A DNA stretch of 64,000 nt from assembly GCA_963808625.1 (NCBI GenBank), contig CAWEHK010000030.1, positions 1-64,000 on the forward strand. The letters run 5' to 3'. This document shows, piece by piece, positions 10,353 through 22,656 of the stretch (the first letter of the stretch is position 1; every line of letters starts with the position of its first letter). Source of the stretch: an uncultured delta proteobacterium. GTDB taxonomy: Bacteria; Desulfobacterota; Syntrophobacteria; Syntrophobacterales; Syntrophobacteraceae. The notes beneath the pieces were generated by a model. That model ran no database searches, had not been told where the DNA came from, and saw only the letters and a program-made list of their open reading frames with translations. The translations under genes were made by a program, and so were the position numbers.

Positions 10353-11515
10353 ATGATACAGACGATGACCCGGTTACTGAAGATCAAGCTGCCGCAAGGA
10401 CAGTCCGCCTTCTTGTGGGGACCGAGGAAGACCGGTAAGACCACGTTCCTGAAGGCGACCTTCCCGGGCAGCCTGAGCTACGACCTGCTGCAGACGGATC
10501 TGTTCCTTGATCTCGTCAAGCGACCCTTTCTGCTGCGGGAGCAGCTCCTTGCGGCGCCCCCGCAGCAGCTCAAGGAGCCGATCATCATCGACGAAGTGCA
10601 GAAGGTGCCGCAGTTGCTTGATGAAGTCCACCGGCTTATCGAAAACGAGGGCCTGCGATTTATTCTGTGCGGCTCGAGCGCCAGGAAGCTGAAACGGGGG
10701 AAGGCAAATCTGCTCGGAGGCCGCGCCTGGCGCTATGCGATGCACCCCCTTGTCTCCGCAGAGGTGGCTGACTTCGATCTGCTCAGAGCGCTCAACCGGG
10801 GTATGATACCCGTGCACTACTTGCAGGAGGAATACCGAAAGTCGCTGCAGGCTTATATTGGGGATTATCTCAAGGAGGAGGTTTTCGCTGAGGGTTTGAG
10901 CCGAAACATTCCCGCCTTTTCACGGTTCTTCGAGGCCATGGGGTACTCTCACGGAGAACTTACGAATTATGCCAATATTGCCCGGGACTGCGGCGTGGAT
11001 GCGAAGACCGTTAAAGAGTATTATCAGATCCTTATCGACACCCTGCTCGGGACGATGATCGAGCCTTATAAGAAGCGTCAAGATCGTCACGTGATCATAA
11101 GAGCCGGCAAGTTCTATTTGTTCGATGTCGGTGTTGCCGGGGCCATCACCCATCGCCGGATTCCTCAGCAGAAAGGCGAACAGTTCGGAAAGGCTATCGA
11201 GCATTTCATCCTCATGGAAATTCTTGCCCATCGTGCGTACTGTGAGCTGGACTATGAGGTAAATTTCTGGCGAACGAAGTCGGGATTGGAAGTGGATTTT
11301 ATTTTAGGTCAGGGAGAAGTGGCCATAGAGGTAAAGGGGACGAGTCGGGTCGATACCACAGAGCTGCGGCCACTCATGACGTTTAGCAGGAGTACCGTCC
11401 CGCAAAAGCATTTGTCGTCTGTAATGAACGCGCTCCGCGGGTGCATGAGGGTATTCGTATTCTCCCGTGGCGCGATTTTCTGAACAGGTTGTGGAACGGG
11501 GAAGTGATAGCATGA
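10353..11515 (+). CDS. AAA+ ATPase (AAA_14 + DUF4143 type), frameshift near 11385
   Basis: GPRKTGKTT, IIIDEVQK, LCGSSARKL, NLLGGRA, KFYLFDVGV and FWRTKSGLEVDFI..IEVK. The C-terminus (ILPWRDFL..LW.GEVIA*) is in a shifted frame. Confidence 0.88.
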
Positions 11516-11557
11516 GGGGAAAGAAAGCAAGCATGCGGCAGTGTGAGCAATAGCAAT

Positions 11558-11605
11558 CAGTGGTCAGTGACCAGTGACCAGTGATCAGTGACCAGTGATC
11601 AGTGG
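11558..11605. repeat. Heptamer tandem repeat (CAGTGAC/CAGTGAT)n
   Basis: Directly visible. Confidence 0.8.
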
Positions 11606-11698
11606 ATAGTGGCGAGAGGCATTGGAGAAGGACCAGGGACGGGGAATACAGGAAGCCTGCCCTGGGTGCGGTCGGCCGCGGTGGACCCGAGCCCAGCG

Positions 11699-12267
11699 TT
11701 ATCCCTGGGTCAGCAGTTGCTGTTCGCGCAGGCGTTTGATTTGATCACGCAACACTGCCGCCTTTTCGAATTCGAGCTGGGCGGCGGCTTCTTTCATGGC
11801 CTTTTCGAAGGCCCGAATCTGGTCGTCGGGGCTCATTCCGGAGGCCTTCGCGCCGAGCAGTCCTGGGGCTCCATGATGAAATCGAGCGGCGGCAGTTCTT
11901 CGCGCGGCTTGTATGCGGCCAGGATGTCGGTGATTTCTTTGTAGACGGTTTGGGGGGTGATGTCGTGTTCGGCATTGTAGGCCAATTGAATCTCGCGGCG
12001 GCGCTCGGTTTCGTCGATCGCGCGGCGCATCGATTCGGTGACGCGGTTGGCATAGAGGATGACCAGCCCCTCGACATTGCGGGCAGCCCGTCCGGCGGTC
12101 TGGATGAGGGAGCGGTCGGAGCGCAGGAAGCCTTCGTTGTCGGCATCGAGCACGGCCACCAGCGACACTTCGGGAATATCCAGCCCCTCCCGGAGCAGGT
12201 TGATCCCCACCAGCACGTCGTATTCACCGAGCCGGAGGTCCCTCACGAGTTCGATCCGCTCGAGGGT
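11699..12267 (-). pseudogene. uvrB: 5'-truncated duplicate of the uvrB 3' end (about 190 codons)
   Basis: Aligns with 24668..25236 ([33 protein letters not shown] domain). No 5' part is present. Confidence 0.9.
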
Positions 12268-12447
12268 TTCAACAAAGGAAATCGGTCAGTAAATGCCCTG
12301 TCGTCGTTGACTTCTGCCGAAAATGTTCTGTCGAGAATTTTGTTGACCGCATCGAAACCAACTGCTATCTAAAACCGCCGAAAAAACAATTTCTTGTAGA
12401 CTCATATCGCTTTATCAACCTGTCAGCCAAGCGTGAGGGCGCCCGGT

Positions 12448-13773
12448 ATGTTGCGTGATCTTGCATTGGTTATTGTTGTATTCTCTGTTGTTGCCTGCAC
12501 TCCCAAGCATGCGGTGATCACACCCGATTTGCATGGGCAAATGATGGAAGATCTAAAACTTGGAAAACCCAGTCTCACTTGCCAGATCAGCTGCCTCTAT
12601 AGTTGGCTGGGCAACTCTCAGAAAATGATCACCTTGCACAATTCTTCTCAGTGGGAAGCGCTGGCAGATTTGGTGATGCAAGTCGGCCACGAGAAAGACC
12701 TTTCCTACTATTATCTCGGGAAGGCGGCAGAAGGGTTGGGGTACTATGATGCTGCCGCAAAATACTATCGGTACAGCCTGGAGTTATGCAACAATCCGAA
12801 CAAGTTCCATCACTGCCGCGATGTGCAACCGAGGAATTATTGTGGAGAGCTGAGCCTTGCCGCGGTCCTCCCAAAATTTGGTTTGCTTCGGTTCAAGCGT
12901 CGGGAAAAACCCAAGGCCAGGCCAGGCCACAATCTGGCACCCAACCACGGGGGACCGCCTACGTCGGCAATGGGAGCAGCAGTGGTTTTCAGTTTTCTGT
13001 CCAAAAAGGCTTGGACGAAGCCAGGCCGGGAGATCTTTGAATTAGACGTTCGCTATGGAGGAAAGGTAGTCCATGGAGAACAGTCCTTTCTTCTTGAACC
13101 CGCTCCTGGACTTCTGGAGAACACACCCACAACCGGTTGCCAGACTACTATCGCTGAGGTTTATTCCGGTGGTGCGCACTGCTGCTTCAGTGATGTCATG
13201 GCGATAACCTGCGGTTCTGCGAATTATCTCTACAGTCTGTACATTGGCAATGGCGGAGGAGGTCCTGGGATACTGGAAGATGTAGATGGCGATGGTGTTA
13301 AAGAGTTGGCTTTATCCGATCAGCGATTCGTTTATTATGATGCCGATGCAAAACACTCCCTTGCTTATTCTGGGTCAACATCAATAGTTCGCTATGCAGT
13401 CTGGACTCCTCAGGGATGGCGGGTTACCGCGTCCGGCGATCTGGCCAAAGTCTATGCAAAGCTTAAGAATCAAACGCTGAACGCCAAGGCAGATGAAGAC
13501 CGTCGGGTGGCCAGGGCCATTGAAGCGACCTATTATGCATTGATGAGCGGTGAAGACGGCGCTAAGGCCAAGAAACTCCTGGAAACTCAACTGCCTCAGG
13601 ACTGGAAAGCAATCAGCAACAAAGTGTTTACCGATATCCAATTAAGCGTCTCTCACACTCCGAAAGAGATGGATACTGGGAGAGACGTCCTAACCACGAT
13701 AATGAAAACTTCTGCGCTCAACAGAAGAGGCGAACAGAGTCTCATGGCTTTTCGTGATAGTCACGGAGATTAA
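12448..13773 (+). CDS. Hypothetical lipoprotein (possibly with an internal frameshifted segment)
   Basis: Lipobox-like VFSVVAC, TPR-like YYYLGKAAEGLGYY, and C-terminal SGGAHCC and DVDGDG motifs. Confidence 0.6.
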   Translation: MLRDLALVIVVFSVVACTPKHAVITPDLHGQMMEDLKLGKPSLTCQISCLYSWLGNSQKMITLHNSSQWEALADLVMQVGHEKDLSYYYLGKAAEGLGYYDAAAKYYRYSLELCNNPNKFHHCRDVQPRNYCGELSLAAVLPKFGLLRFKRREKPKARPGHNLAPNHGGPPTSAMGAAVVFSFLSKKAWTKPGREIFELDVRYGGKVVHGEQSFLLEPAPGLLENTPTTGCQTTIAEVYSGGAHCCFSDVMAITCGSANYLYSLYIGNGGGGPGILEDVDGDGVKELALSDQRFVYYDADAKHSLAYSGSTSIVRYAVWTPQGWRVTASGDLAKVYAKLKNQTLNAKADEDRRVARAIEATYYALMSGEDGAKAKKLLETQLPQDWKAISNKVFTDIQLSVSHTPKEMDTGRDVLTTIMKTSALNRRGEQSLMAFRDSHGD

Positions 13774-13819
13774 GTTTAGAAGCGGTATCCGTTGGGTAAC
13801 TCAAGGAAAGGAGTTCGGT

Positions 13820-14524
13820 ATGTTCAACGTGCTGTCGAAGAAGCTCATTCTGTCTCTCTCGGTTCTCTTCGTCTCTCTGGGTGTCTTTTTGGTGCCCGCG
13901 GTCGCCTTGGCTACTGAAGATTTCAAACTTACCGCCACCACCCCTGAGGCTTTTCTCGAAAATTCCGATATTATCGGGCTCGGAAATAAGATTAGAGTAT
14001 TGCGTATGCCTGCACTGAATAACAAAGGAAAAACCATCTACTACGACTTGGATATTGTGCTGACTATTATTGATAGTGGTGCTCCAAAGACCGCACAGGT
14101 GACTGCCAAGAGGTCGCCCAATCTGCTAGCGCTTGGCTTTATTCCTGGCACCTACAGTGACGGTAAGGGTGGAAGTTGTAACATGGGGGTTAGCGCGGCA
14201 GCAGGCGGCAGAACAGCGGGGGCACTGGCCTGTAAGGATAAAGACGGCGGTGCCACTTTCAGTGCGAACTGGTTTACTGGCCCCGTTGCTGGCCATCCGT
14301 TTGAATCCCATTTGGTCGCCGCCGGTATCGATAAACTCACGGGTGCCGAAAATGTGGCTTGGGGGAATGGGACTTCCGCGACTGGTGGTTGGGCCTATGG
14401 TTGTTTCTATTTCAGCGGCGGCAGCGTAATCAGTGTACATCAGGCTGGCGGCGTCCTGGCGATCAATAATTTCAGAAACGATAACGAAATTGACTGCAGC
14501 TACAGCTTTTCTCTCGAACAGTAG
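13820..14524 (+). CDS. Hypothetical secreted protein
   Basis: AGGAG RBS, signal peptide ending in ALA, beta-rich Cys-containing mature region. Confidence 0.65.
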   Translation: MFNVLSKKLILSLSVLFVSLGVFLVPAVALATEDFKLTATTPEAFLENSDIIGLGNKIRVLRMPALNNKGKTIYYDLDIVLTIIDSGAPKTAQVTAKRSPNLLALGFIPGTYSDGKGGSCNMGVSAAAGGRTAGALACKDKDGGATFSANWFTGPVAGHPFESHLVAAGIDKLTGAENVAWGNGTSATGGWAYGCFYFSGGSVISVHQAGGVLAINNFRNDNEIDCSYSFSLEQ

Positions 14525-15151
14525 CAGGTTTAAGAAAAGAGCGTTCACTTTTTCGGCGAGTTTGCCAACAAATGCCATGAGGATGAATCACCCACATCGA
14601 ATTAGAATTTACTATCGACACTTTCTTCTGAGCATCGCAAAAGGGACATGCGGCAAAGATTATGATAGATTATGAGTAAAGCTGCACAAAAAGGAGTCCG
14701 CCCAATGTTCACAAAAAACCCTTTGAGCGGTAAATTCTGTGCTTAAAAAGTTCATACCTGGTGTGAGATGCCGTCAGGCCGCAAGCTAAAGAAGGCGTTT
14801 GTTCAGGGGGTACGGGCCTGGCAGGAATTCGGCTCCACCATCCCCGTGAACGTTGTTTTTTTTCTGAACATCACGATAGTGATCTGGTATAAGTGACTCG
14901 TTCGTAGACGAACGACCATCTTTCTTGAAGCAAGAATTCCACAAAGGACTTCCGGGAAACCCGACACTTTCAGCACACACGCAAGTGTGGTTTCCCTTCG
15001 ATCAAACATGCACTGCCCTCCAGTCGGTTTACGGGATTGGTGGACAAGGGCGCACTTATGATCGAGTTTCCATGCGAGGCAGAGACTCAGGGGCAGAGGA
15101 AGATCCTTGCGCTAAACCATGAAGGCTTATCGGGGACTTGAGGAGACCACT

Positions 15152-16298
15152 ATGGGGAGCCGGATTCACGCATTCCTGATCTTTCTGCTTTCGGTGTTGG
15201 TGACGACTTCGTGTGCGCGCCCGCCATCCGTTCCCAGCGCCGGTGACGGTGTCCCCTTATCCCAGCGCAATAAATGGGGGTGCATCGACAAGACCGGAAG
15301 AATACCTCGTGTCTCCCGCCTTCGAGCGCATTTTCCCCTATTCCGAGAGCCTGGCTGCGGTCGTTGTGGATGGTAAGTACGGGTATATCGACCGGAACGG
15401 CAACCTGGTGGTGAAACTGCAATTCCATGACGCGTCGCCTTTCTCCGAAGGTCGGGCGGCCGTGCGCATCGGAAGTGCTATGGGATTCATCGATAAACAG
15501 GGGCGCTACGTCATCAATCCTCAGTTTAAGGATGCCTTCAACTTCACCGAAGGTCTTGCGGCGGTCCAGGCCGGTCAGCGCTGGGGGTTCGTGGGTGGGG
15601 ACGGGACTTTCGTTATGGCCCCCCAATTTGAGGAGGTTTTCAACTTTTCGGAGGGCCGAGCGGCGGTGAAGGTCAATGGGCGCTGGGGGTTTGTCGACAA
15701 AAAAGGCAACTTCCCGATCACCCCCTCTTACGATCAGGTTTTTACCTTCTCCGAAGGTTTGGCAGCCGTTAAGACCGCGAGTGGCTGGGGTTTTGTCGAC
15801 CTTGAGGGGCAGCCTGTCGTGCATCCTCAATACACGGAAGTCTATAGCTTTTCGGAAGGATTCGCGGCGGTAAGAAAGGGCAATAAATGGGGATTTATCA
15901 ACAACAAGGGGGAAATGGTCATCGAACCTCATTTCGACGGCGCCTATAGCTTTCGCGAAAAATATGCCCAGGTGCATCTTAATGGGAAGTGGGGCTTCAT
16001 CGATCGTAAGGGAGAACCCATTGTCAGCCTTCGCTTCCGAAGGGCCCTGCCGTTTTCCGAGGGGTTGGGGGCGGTGGAAAACGCTGAGAAGCAGTGGGGC
16101 TTCATTGACAAGAATGGCGAGTTCACCATTAAACCTCAGTTTACCAAGGCGTTGGGCTTTGCTGATGGTCTGGCTCTGGTGGAAGTCTATGGCCAGTGGG
16201 GTTATGTTGACAAGAATGGGAACTTCGCTGTCAATCCCCAGTTTTCGGAAGCATTGAACTTTGTGGAAGGAATCGCTCCGGTGAAGATCGGACCCTAG
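15152..16298 (+). CDS. WG-repeat (KWG-Leptospira type) lipoprotein, frameshifted near the N-terminus
   Basis: About nine repeats of F(S/T)EG.AAV....(K)WGFID..G..VI.P.F. Lipobox VTTSC in ORF 15119..15376. Confidence 0.88.
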
Positions 16299-16333
16299 CT
16301 GCGCTCGGTAACTCTCTGCCTCAGGAGGTGCTC

Positions 16334-18242
16334 ATGGTTCCTTATTTTCCCTTGGCCAATCGGTGCTGCAGGGTCTCACTGTTGGAAAGATGCCGCCATC
16401 GATGGATCGTTTTCCTCATCGTGCAATCCTTTGTGATGCTTCAGCTCATCCTCCCCGTCGGAGCTGCGGAACCTTCTGAGGAGGGGCGGGGAGCGCCTGC
16501 CACCGCGGTCGCCTTTGACCCCAGCGGTGAAACCATCGTCACGGGAGCTAAGGACGGTCTCCTTGACGCTTTGGGATCGGCGGACGGGTAAGATCAGCCA
16601 GGCAATATAAGATCGAACAAGTGGGGATCGGTATAATCGTCTCCTCGCCTGCTGCCGAGTCCATGGCGCTCGGCGCCTCAGACGGCACGATTGAGATATG
16701 GGATGTGGGACAAGGCAAGTTCAGGAAGTCGCTCAGAGGACACGACGCGGCCATCACCGCCCTGGCATTTTCGGAAGATGGCGAACTGCTGGCCTCAGGA
16801 AGCGAGGACTCGGACCATCAGGCTTTGGCAAACCAGATCGGGGAAGTTGCTCAAAAGCACCAAAGAAGGGAAAGGTTTGATTCGCACCCTGGCTTTCTCC
16901 CCTGACGGACAGGTGTTGGCTTCCGACGGCGATGGCCAGAACGTTCGACTCTGGAAAGTGCAAGCGGGAGATCTTCAGGCTACGCTCAAAGGACATGATG
17001 CGCCGGTAGTCAGCGTAGCCTTTTCCGCCGATGGGGAATTGCTTGCCTCGGCGAGCGGAGAGGGTCTCTCTGATCTGGAACATGAGAAGAAGGCAAAATC
17101 CGTCCATAGGCGTTGACTCTGGAGCCAGAGCGCTCGCCTTTTCGCCGAAGCCTCACGATTCGTTCCTTGCTGCGGCAACCGATGATGAGATCTGGCTTTG
17201 GAATGTGGAGCAGGAAAGGCGGGCAGGAGTCCTGAAGGGGCATGTAGGAAAAATCAAATCTATTGCCTTTTCCCCGGACGGCAAACAGATCGTCTCTCTG
17301 GGTTCGGACAATACGGTTAGACTGTGGTCGGTGCGACCAAACGAAGCTCTTCTGGTGATCAACACCCTCACCTCCGAGGCTCATGCGCCATCGGCCTCAT
17401 CCACCGCCCCCGGAGGTCCCTCAACGCAAGTCGAGTTAGCCACTCCCCTGTCCGGCAGGGGACAGGAAGAGGGAAAACGACCCGTGACATCAGAGGGCCC
17501 CGTTGAGAGCCCTCCGGAGGCGTCCATTTTGTCGGCGCCGCCCTCCCAATTGAAGGTTGTTCATGTGGTTCTCGATGAGCTCGACAAGGGCACTCGCACC
17601 CAGTCCCGAGATCGTGTGGAGGTTTCCGTTTCCATTGCCAATCCGGGCCCGGGAACGGTCAGAAAAGCAAGGGCGAAATTGAACTTCGGACCAGGAGTCT
17701 CGTTTGCCGCAGGGTCTCCCGAAGAATTTGATCTGGGAGAGGTCGCTCCAGGTGCGATGAAGGTCCTGAAATTTTCCTGCGCATTGGGCAGTGCCATCAA
17801 GAGCGGTTCCCCTATTCCCATCTCGGTAATCTTCACGACAGAATTCGATGAGTTCTCAAAAGAAGAGCCGTTAAACCTGGTGATGAACGCTCCTGGCACC
17901 CGGCCTCAGGCTATGGAGCCCGCTAAACCCATCAAGGCGGCTCCGCCCCCAGAGAAGGCAGTCCTGAGTGATGAGCAGCGCAGGGTTCTGGCAAAGAATT
18001 ATTACGAAAAGGGAAATGCCTCTTTCGAGGCCAGGGACTATGAAGATGCCGCCTCCAGTTACACCAAAGCGATTGAACTGGAAGACAGCTTTGCCCCTTT
18101 GTTCTATAACCTCGGTATGACCCAACGGGCGCTCAACCAGAACAAAGAAGCCATCAGAAACTTCAAACGGTATCTGGTGCTGCGTCCCGATGCACCGAAT
18201 GCGTCGGAAGTACTGCAGACGATTGAGGTGCTTGGAGAATAA
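16334..18242 (+). CDS. Exported WD40 + Ig-like + TPR protein (several frameshifts)
   Basis: WD40 motifs LRGHDAAITALAFSEDGELLASGSED, LKGHDAPVVSVAFSADG and LKGHVGKIKSIAFSPDGK..SDNTVRLW. C-terminal TPR YYEKGN...YTKAIEL...YNLG. AGGAGG RBS. Confidence 0.8.
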
Positions 18243-18403
18243 AGGAACAGTCCAGGGCCTTTTCCCACATGTAAACAGGTAGGCAGGGCACCGATGTCAT
18301 TGGCTTTTTGACGCGAACAGGACAGACTTCCATGAAGGGCTCATTGAATGGATAAAACCGTCATATCTGCCTAAGGAAATCAGGATATGAGGGATGGGTT
18401 GGC

Positions 18404-20690
18404 ATGGGCATCCAGATAGAATTTCGTACCCGACGTTCGGAAAGACGGGGACCCGTCTGTCTGGCTTCAGATGAAGAGCGCTTTCTGGGCGCCAATGGGG
18501 ATATTGTCCTTTCGGGCAATGACGTGCGTGCCAAACATGCCCGTATTTTTGTCCCAGGGCAGGGACGTGCATACTGAGCCCATTGATGGGGCGCCTATGG
18601 CTGTCAATGGAAAACCGATAACCAGCGCCACCCTCATCGAAAATGGTGACTGGCTGGCTTTGGGTTCGGCTTTCGTGCGTATCGCAATCGCTGCCGCCAC
18701 GCCTGGGCCGCAGCCCATGGACATTGCCGCCGGCTTTTCCGAAGGTCGAGTCATCCGCATCGGGCGTCTGGAAACGGGTGACCTGGTCATTCCCTCGCCA
18801 CTGGTCTCCAGGTATCATGCCAATATCCGTTGTGCGGGAGGCAGAGTGCTTCTCCAGGATCTCAACAGCACCAATGGGACTTTTGTCAACGGACAACGGG
18901 TGTTGGGGACGGTTGCTCTGAAGCCGGGGGACAAAGTGGCCGTTGCGGCGTTTTCTTTTCTGTTCACCGGGGCAGCCCTGGAACCTGCGGATACGGGAGG
19001 TCTCGTCCAGGTGGAAGCCCGCGGGCTGACCAAGACTGTACGGGACCGGGCCACAGGAAAGCCCAGGCGGCTCTTGGACGACATTGATCTCGTCTTCAAG
19101 CCCGGCGAATTCACTGCCGTCTTCGGGAGCAGTGGGTCGGGGAAATCGACCCTTCTTGACGCTTTAAACGGTCGGCGGCCGGCCAGTTCCGGCCAGGTGC
19201 TCTATAATGGCGCCGATTTTTATGGGGCATTCGATGCGTTTCGCAGCACCATTGGCTATGTTCCGCAACAAGACATCGTACACCGCAGAATCCTCCTGCA
19301 GCGGGCTCTCCAATATACCGCGCGCCTGCGCTTGCCGCGGGACACCACGGCCCGGGAAATCGACGGCCACATCCAACGGGTGCTTGCTCAGGTGGGGTTG
19401 AGCGACAAGGCTGACAGCCCCATTGATACACCATCTCCTTTGAGCGGTGGACAGTTCAAGCGTGTCAGTTTGGCCGTGGAACTCATCGCCAATCCCACAA
19501 TCCTGTTCTTGGATGAAGTAACCAGCGGTCTTGACGCAGGGACCGACAAGAAAATGATGCAGCTCTTTACCAGGTTGGCTTCCGATCAGAAGACGGTCAT
19601 CTGCGTCACCCACACTCTGGAGAACATCGATGTCTGCCATCTGGTGGTGCTCCTACAGCATGGAAAACTCGTCTATTTCGGTCCTCCCCGGGAAGCCCTT
19701 CACCATTTTAGCGTCTCCCGCCTCTCCGAGGTCTACGAACTTCTCGAGAGCCGCCCCGTGGAGCATTGGGCGGAACGCTATCGGGAGTCGTCCAACTATG
19801 ATGAATACATAAAAAGACGGTCGTCCAAGGTCCCCTTATTTTCCCCGAAGCATGGGAGTGGAGTGGCCCCTTCACTGACCACTCACCATGGGCATGGCAG
19901 CTGGTTTCAGCTCGGCACCCTAATGTGCAGGTATTTGGACCTGTTGCAGGCGGATCGGCGTAATCTTGCGATTCTTCTGCTCCAGGCGCCGTTTGTTGCG
20001 ACTCTCATTGGCTTGGTCTTTAGCGCCTCCGGTCCCCCTGCAGTGCGTGCCGTCGGAGAAAGCCACATTGCCTTTGTACTGGTGCTGTCCGCGATCTGGT
20101 GCGGATGCCTCAACTCAACACCGGGAAGTAGTCAAAGAACTGCCCATCTATCTGCGTGAGCGTGCCGTCAATTTAAGCCTTGGGCCATATCTGCTGAGCA
20201 AACTGGTTCCGCTGGCCGCCCTTTGTCTGATCCAGAGTCTTGCCCTGCTTGGTATTGGTACGCTTCTGCTCTCCTGGCTCGGGGATTTCTGGTTGCGCCT
20301 GTTGATCCTTTTCCTGTCGGCCATGGCTGCCACCGCGATGGGATTGGCGATCAGCGCCTTTGTGGATTCCAATGACAAAGCCGTAACGCTTGTCCCCGTC
20401 CTGCTAATCCCTCAGGTTATTTTTTCCGGCGCCATCGTCACCCTCGGGAAGACTGGGGAAGCGTTTGCAAGGCTTACGATGATTTCTTTTTCGGCCTTCG
20501 ACGCCATGAAAAGCACAATATCTCGCAGGAAGTAGCGCAGCATCTCAACATACAATGGGCTTTGTCGAGCAATCTGGGAATCATTGGCGCCTTGTTTGTC
20601 GGCTTTTTGCTGGCCGCCTTTTGGGGTTTAAAGCTCAAAGACGTAGAGTACGCTGAGGGGAAGGTGGACAATGGACAACAGCCAGACTGA
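18404..20690 (+). CDS. FHA-FHA-ABC ATPase-permease fusion (Rv1747-like), frameshifted
   Basis: FHA IGR...VSRYHA...DLNSTNGTFVNG, Walker A GSSGSGKST, LSGGQ, FLDEVTSGLD and ABC2 membrane domain REVVKE.PIYLRER...VLLIPQVIFSG. Confidence 0.88.
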
Positions 20691-22498
20691 GGGAAATGCG
20701 GTGCTGCGTACTTGTCCAAGTTGTCAAAAGGCGACAACTGAGAATGGGTTGGTAGATTTCGCTTATCGCTGCCCGGCGTGTGGCTTTGAGTTGGCATATA
20801 CCGAGACGGGACCAACCGGCAGTGTCTGCCGAGTGCTAGCCTATTTGAAATGCGCGGGTGAACTGATTCATGAGCGGTATCGAGTGGAGAAGGTGTTGGG
20901 TAAGGGAGGATTTTGGAGCTACCTACCTGGTTGAAGATTTAAAAATCAAGGGCAAACGACGAGCGCTCAAAGAAATCCCGGAGGTCTTCTTCGATGAAAA
21001 GGAGGTCGACCTGCTGGGACACCTGAGGCATACCGCCATCCCCGATGTTACCGATCAGTTCAGCTATGATGGAATGCGTTACCTGGTGCTGCAATTTGGA
21101 GGGAAATTCACGCTTGCCAGTCGGTGCCAGGAACTTGGGGGGAAGGGTTTCCCTGACTATTGCTCTACCCTGGATGCGTCAGCTCTGCGAGGTGCTGGCC
21201 TATCTGCATTCTCAACAGCCGCCGGTTATCCACCGTGATCTCAAGCCGGAAAACGTCCTCTTGGACGATAACGACCACATCATGCTCATCGATTTTGGCA
21301 TCGCCAAGGCCTCCGAACCCGCCACAACCACCCGCCTTCTGGCGCGTGCCTTTACCCACGGGTTCAGTCCGCCCGAGCAGGTGTTGGGGGTGGGAACGGA
21401 GGCTCGGTCCGACATCTATTCCTTCGGGGCCACTTTCTATTACCTTCTTACGGGGCAGGTCCCGCCTGCAGCCCATGAGCGTCTGGCGGGGCGGGCGCTC
21501 GATATCCCTTCTTTGCTGGTAGCCGATCTGGCGCCTGAACTGGACAAGATCCTGATTAGTACTCTCAGCCTCAATATTGATCAACGACCTGCCAGTGTAC
21601 GCGATCTGGGAGCGATGCTGCAGGTGCTTGAACGCCGTCTGCCTTCAACTTCATCGCACACAGCCAAGACGTCAAGGCTGGATGAGGAGGCGGGGACGAC
21701 CCTGGGTGTTTATTCGTGGACTCCCTTTTGCGGCATAAAGCTTCCGGAGGCAGAGTCCGTCCTTTCGCAGCAGGTCACCACGGAGTTGAGGCGAAAGCGC
21801 GGTTTTCTCGTGGGTGCGGCCGTAATGATCATTGTAGCGGTTGGTCTGCTTGCCGGCGTCTATTTCTTGGGGGAAAAGAAGAAGGCGCCGGTGGTAACAA
21901 CCGCAATCATCGTTGAACCTACACGGGCCGCAGCACCTGCCGATATCTCGCCCATGGCAAGCCCGCTTCCTGCTCTTCAGGAATCGCTACCGCCGCGTGA
22001 TCCCGCGTCGGCCATGGCCAACTCTCACAATCAGCCATCGGGCTCTGCCGATGTGACCTGCCGGCGCACCCCAGACTCCTGTCAGGCCCTCTGCCGAAGG
22101 ACTCAGCGTCGCCACCCCATCCCCTGCGGGACATGAAGTCCAACCATCCCAGCCTATGGCCGATCGGCTTCGCCGCCCATCGTGGCCTCATCCCCCCAGG
22201 GAGTGTCTCCCTCCACAAATCCGCTGCCGAGATTCTCAACGCTAAACGCCCCTTGGCGCCAACACCCGAACCTGCAGCCCCGCCAGTGACAGGAGTGGCT
22301 AAAAGACCGGCGCCAATCCAGCAGCGAAAGCAGCCTGAGAAGATGCTTTCGCATCAACAGGCCACACCAACAGCATCCGGAATCTTGAAGGAAGCTTACC
22401 CCACATCAACACTGAGTGGCGCCAGTTCATCCGGAAGCTCAGGTGGTCCTGCTAAGAGCCCCCGGACCCCAAACATCATTAAGGAGAAATTTCCGTAG
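20671..22498 (+). CDS. Hanks-type Ser/Thr protein kinase with N-terminal Zn ribbon, TM helix and Pro-rich tail (frameshifted)
   Basis: CPSC...CPACG, LGKGGF, ALKE, IHRDLKPEN, LIDFGIAK, SPPEQ and SDIYSFG; TM segment FLVGAAVMIIVAVGLLAGVYFL. Confidence 0.9.
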
Positions 22499-22656
22499 CA
22501 CGACTACTTCACGATGAGAGAATCCATCGATAGACGAACAGTTTGAACGACATACGCTGTTGAAAGCGTTTTTGTGTGGGTTCGTCAAAGGAAATCGCAC
22601 AAGCGATTGTGGAAGAGGAAGCCTGTTTGGATTGAATCTAAAAAAAGGAGTAAGAA

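Noticed and set aside
11699..12267. uvrB fragment as a pure assembly duplication
   Set aside because: About 40 mostly synonymous substitutions relative to the full copy are not expected from a duplicated read, though a two-strain chimera cannot be excluded.
7466..12400. Complete DGR cassette (RT, TR, Avd) next to the TIR-FGE gene
   Set aside because: No RT motifs and no AAC-rich template copy were found on either strand within the window.
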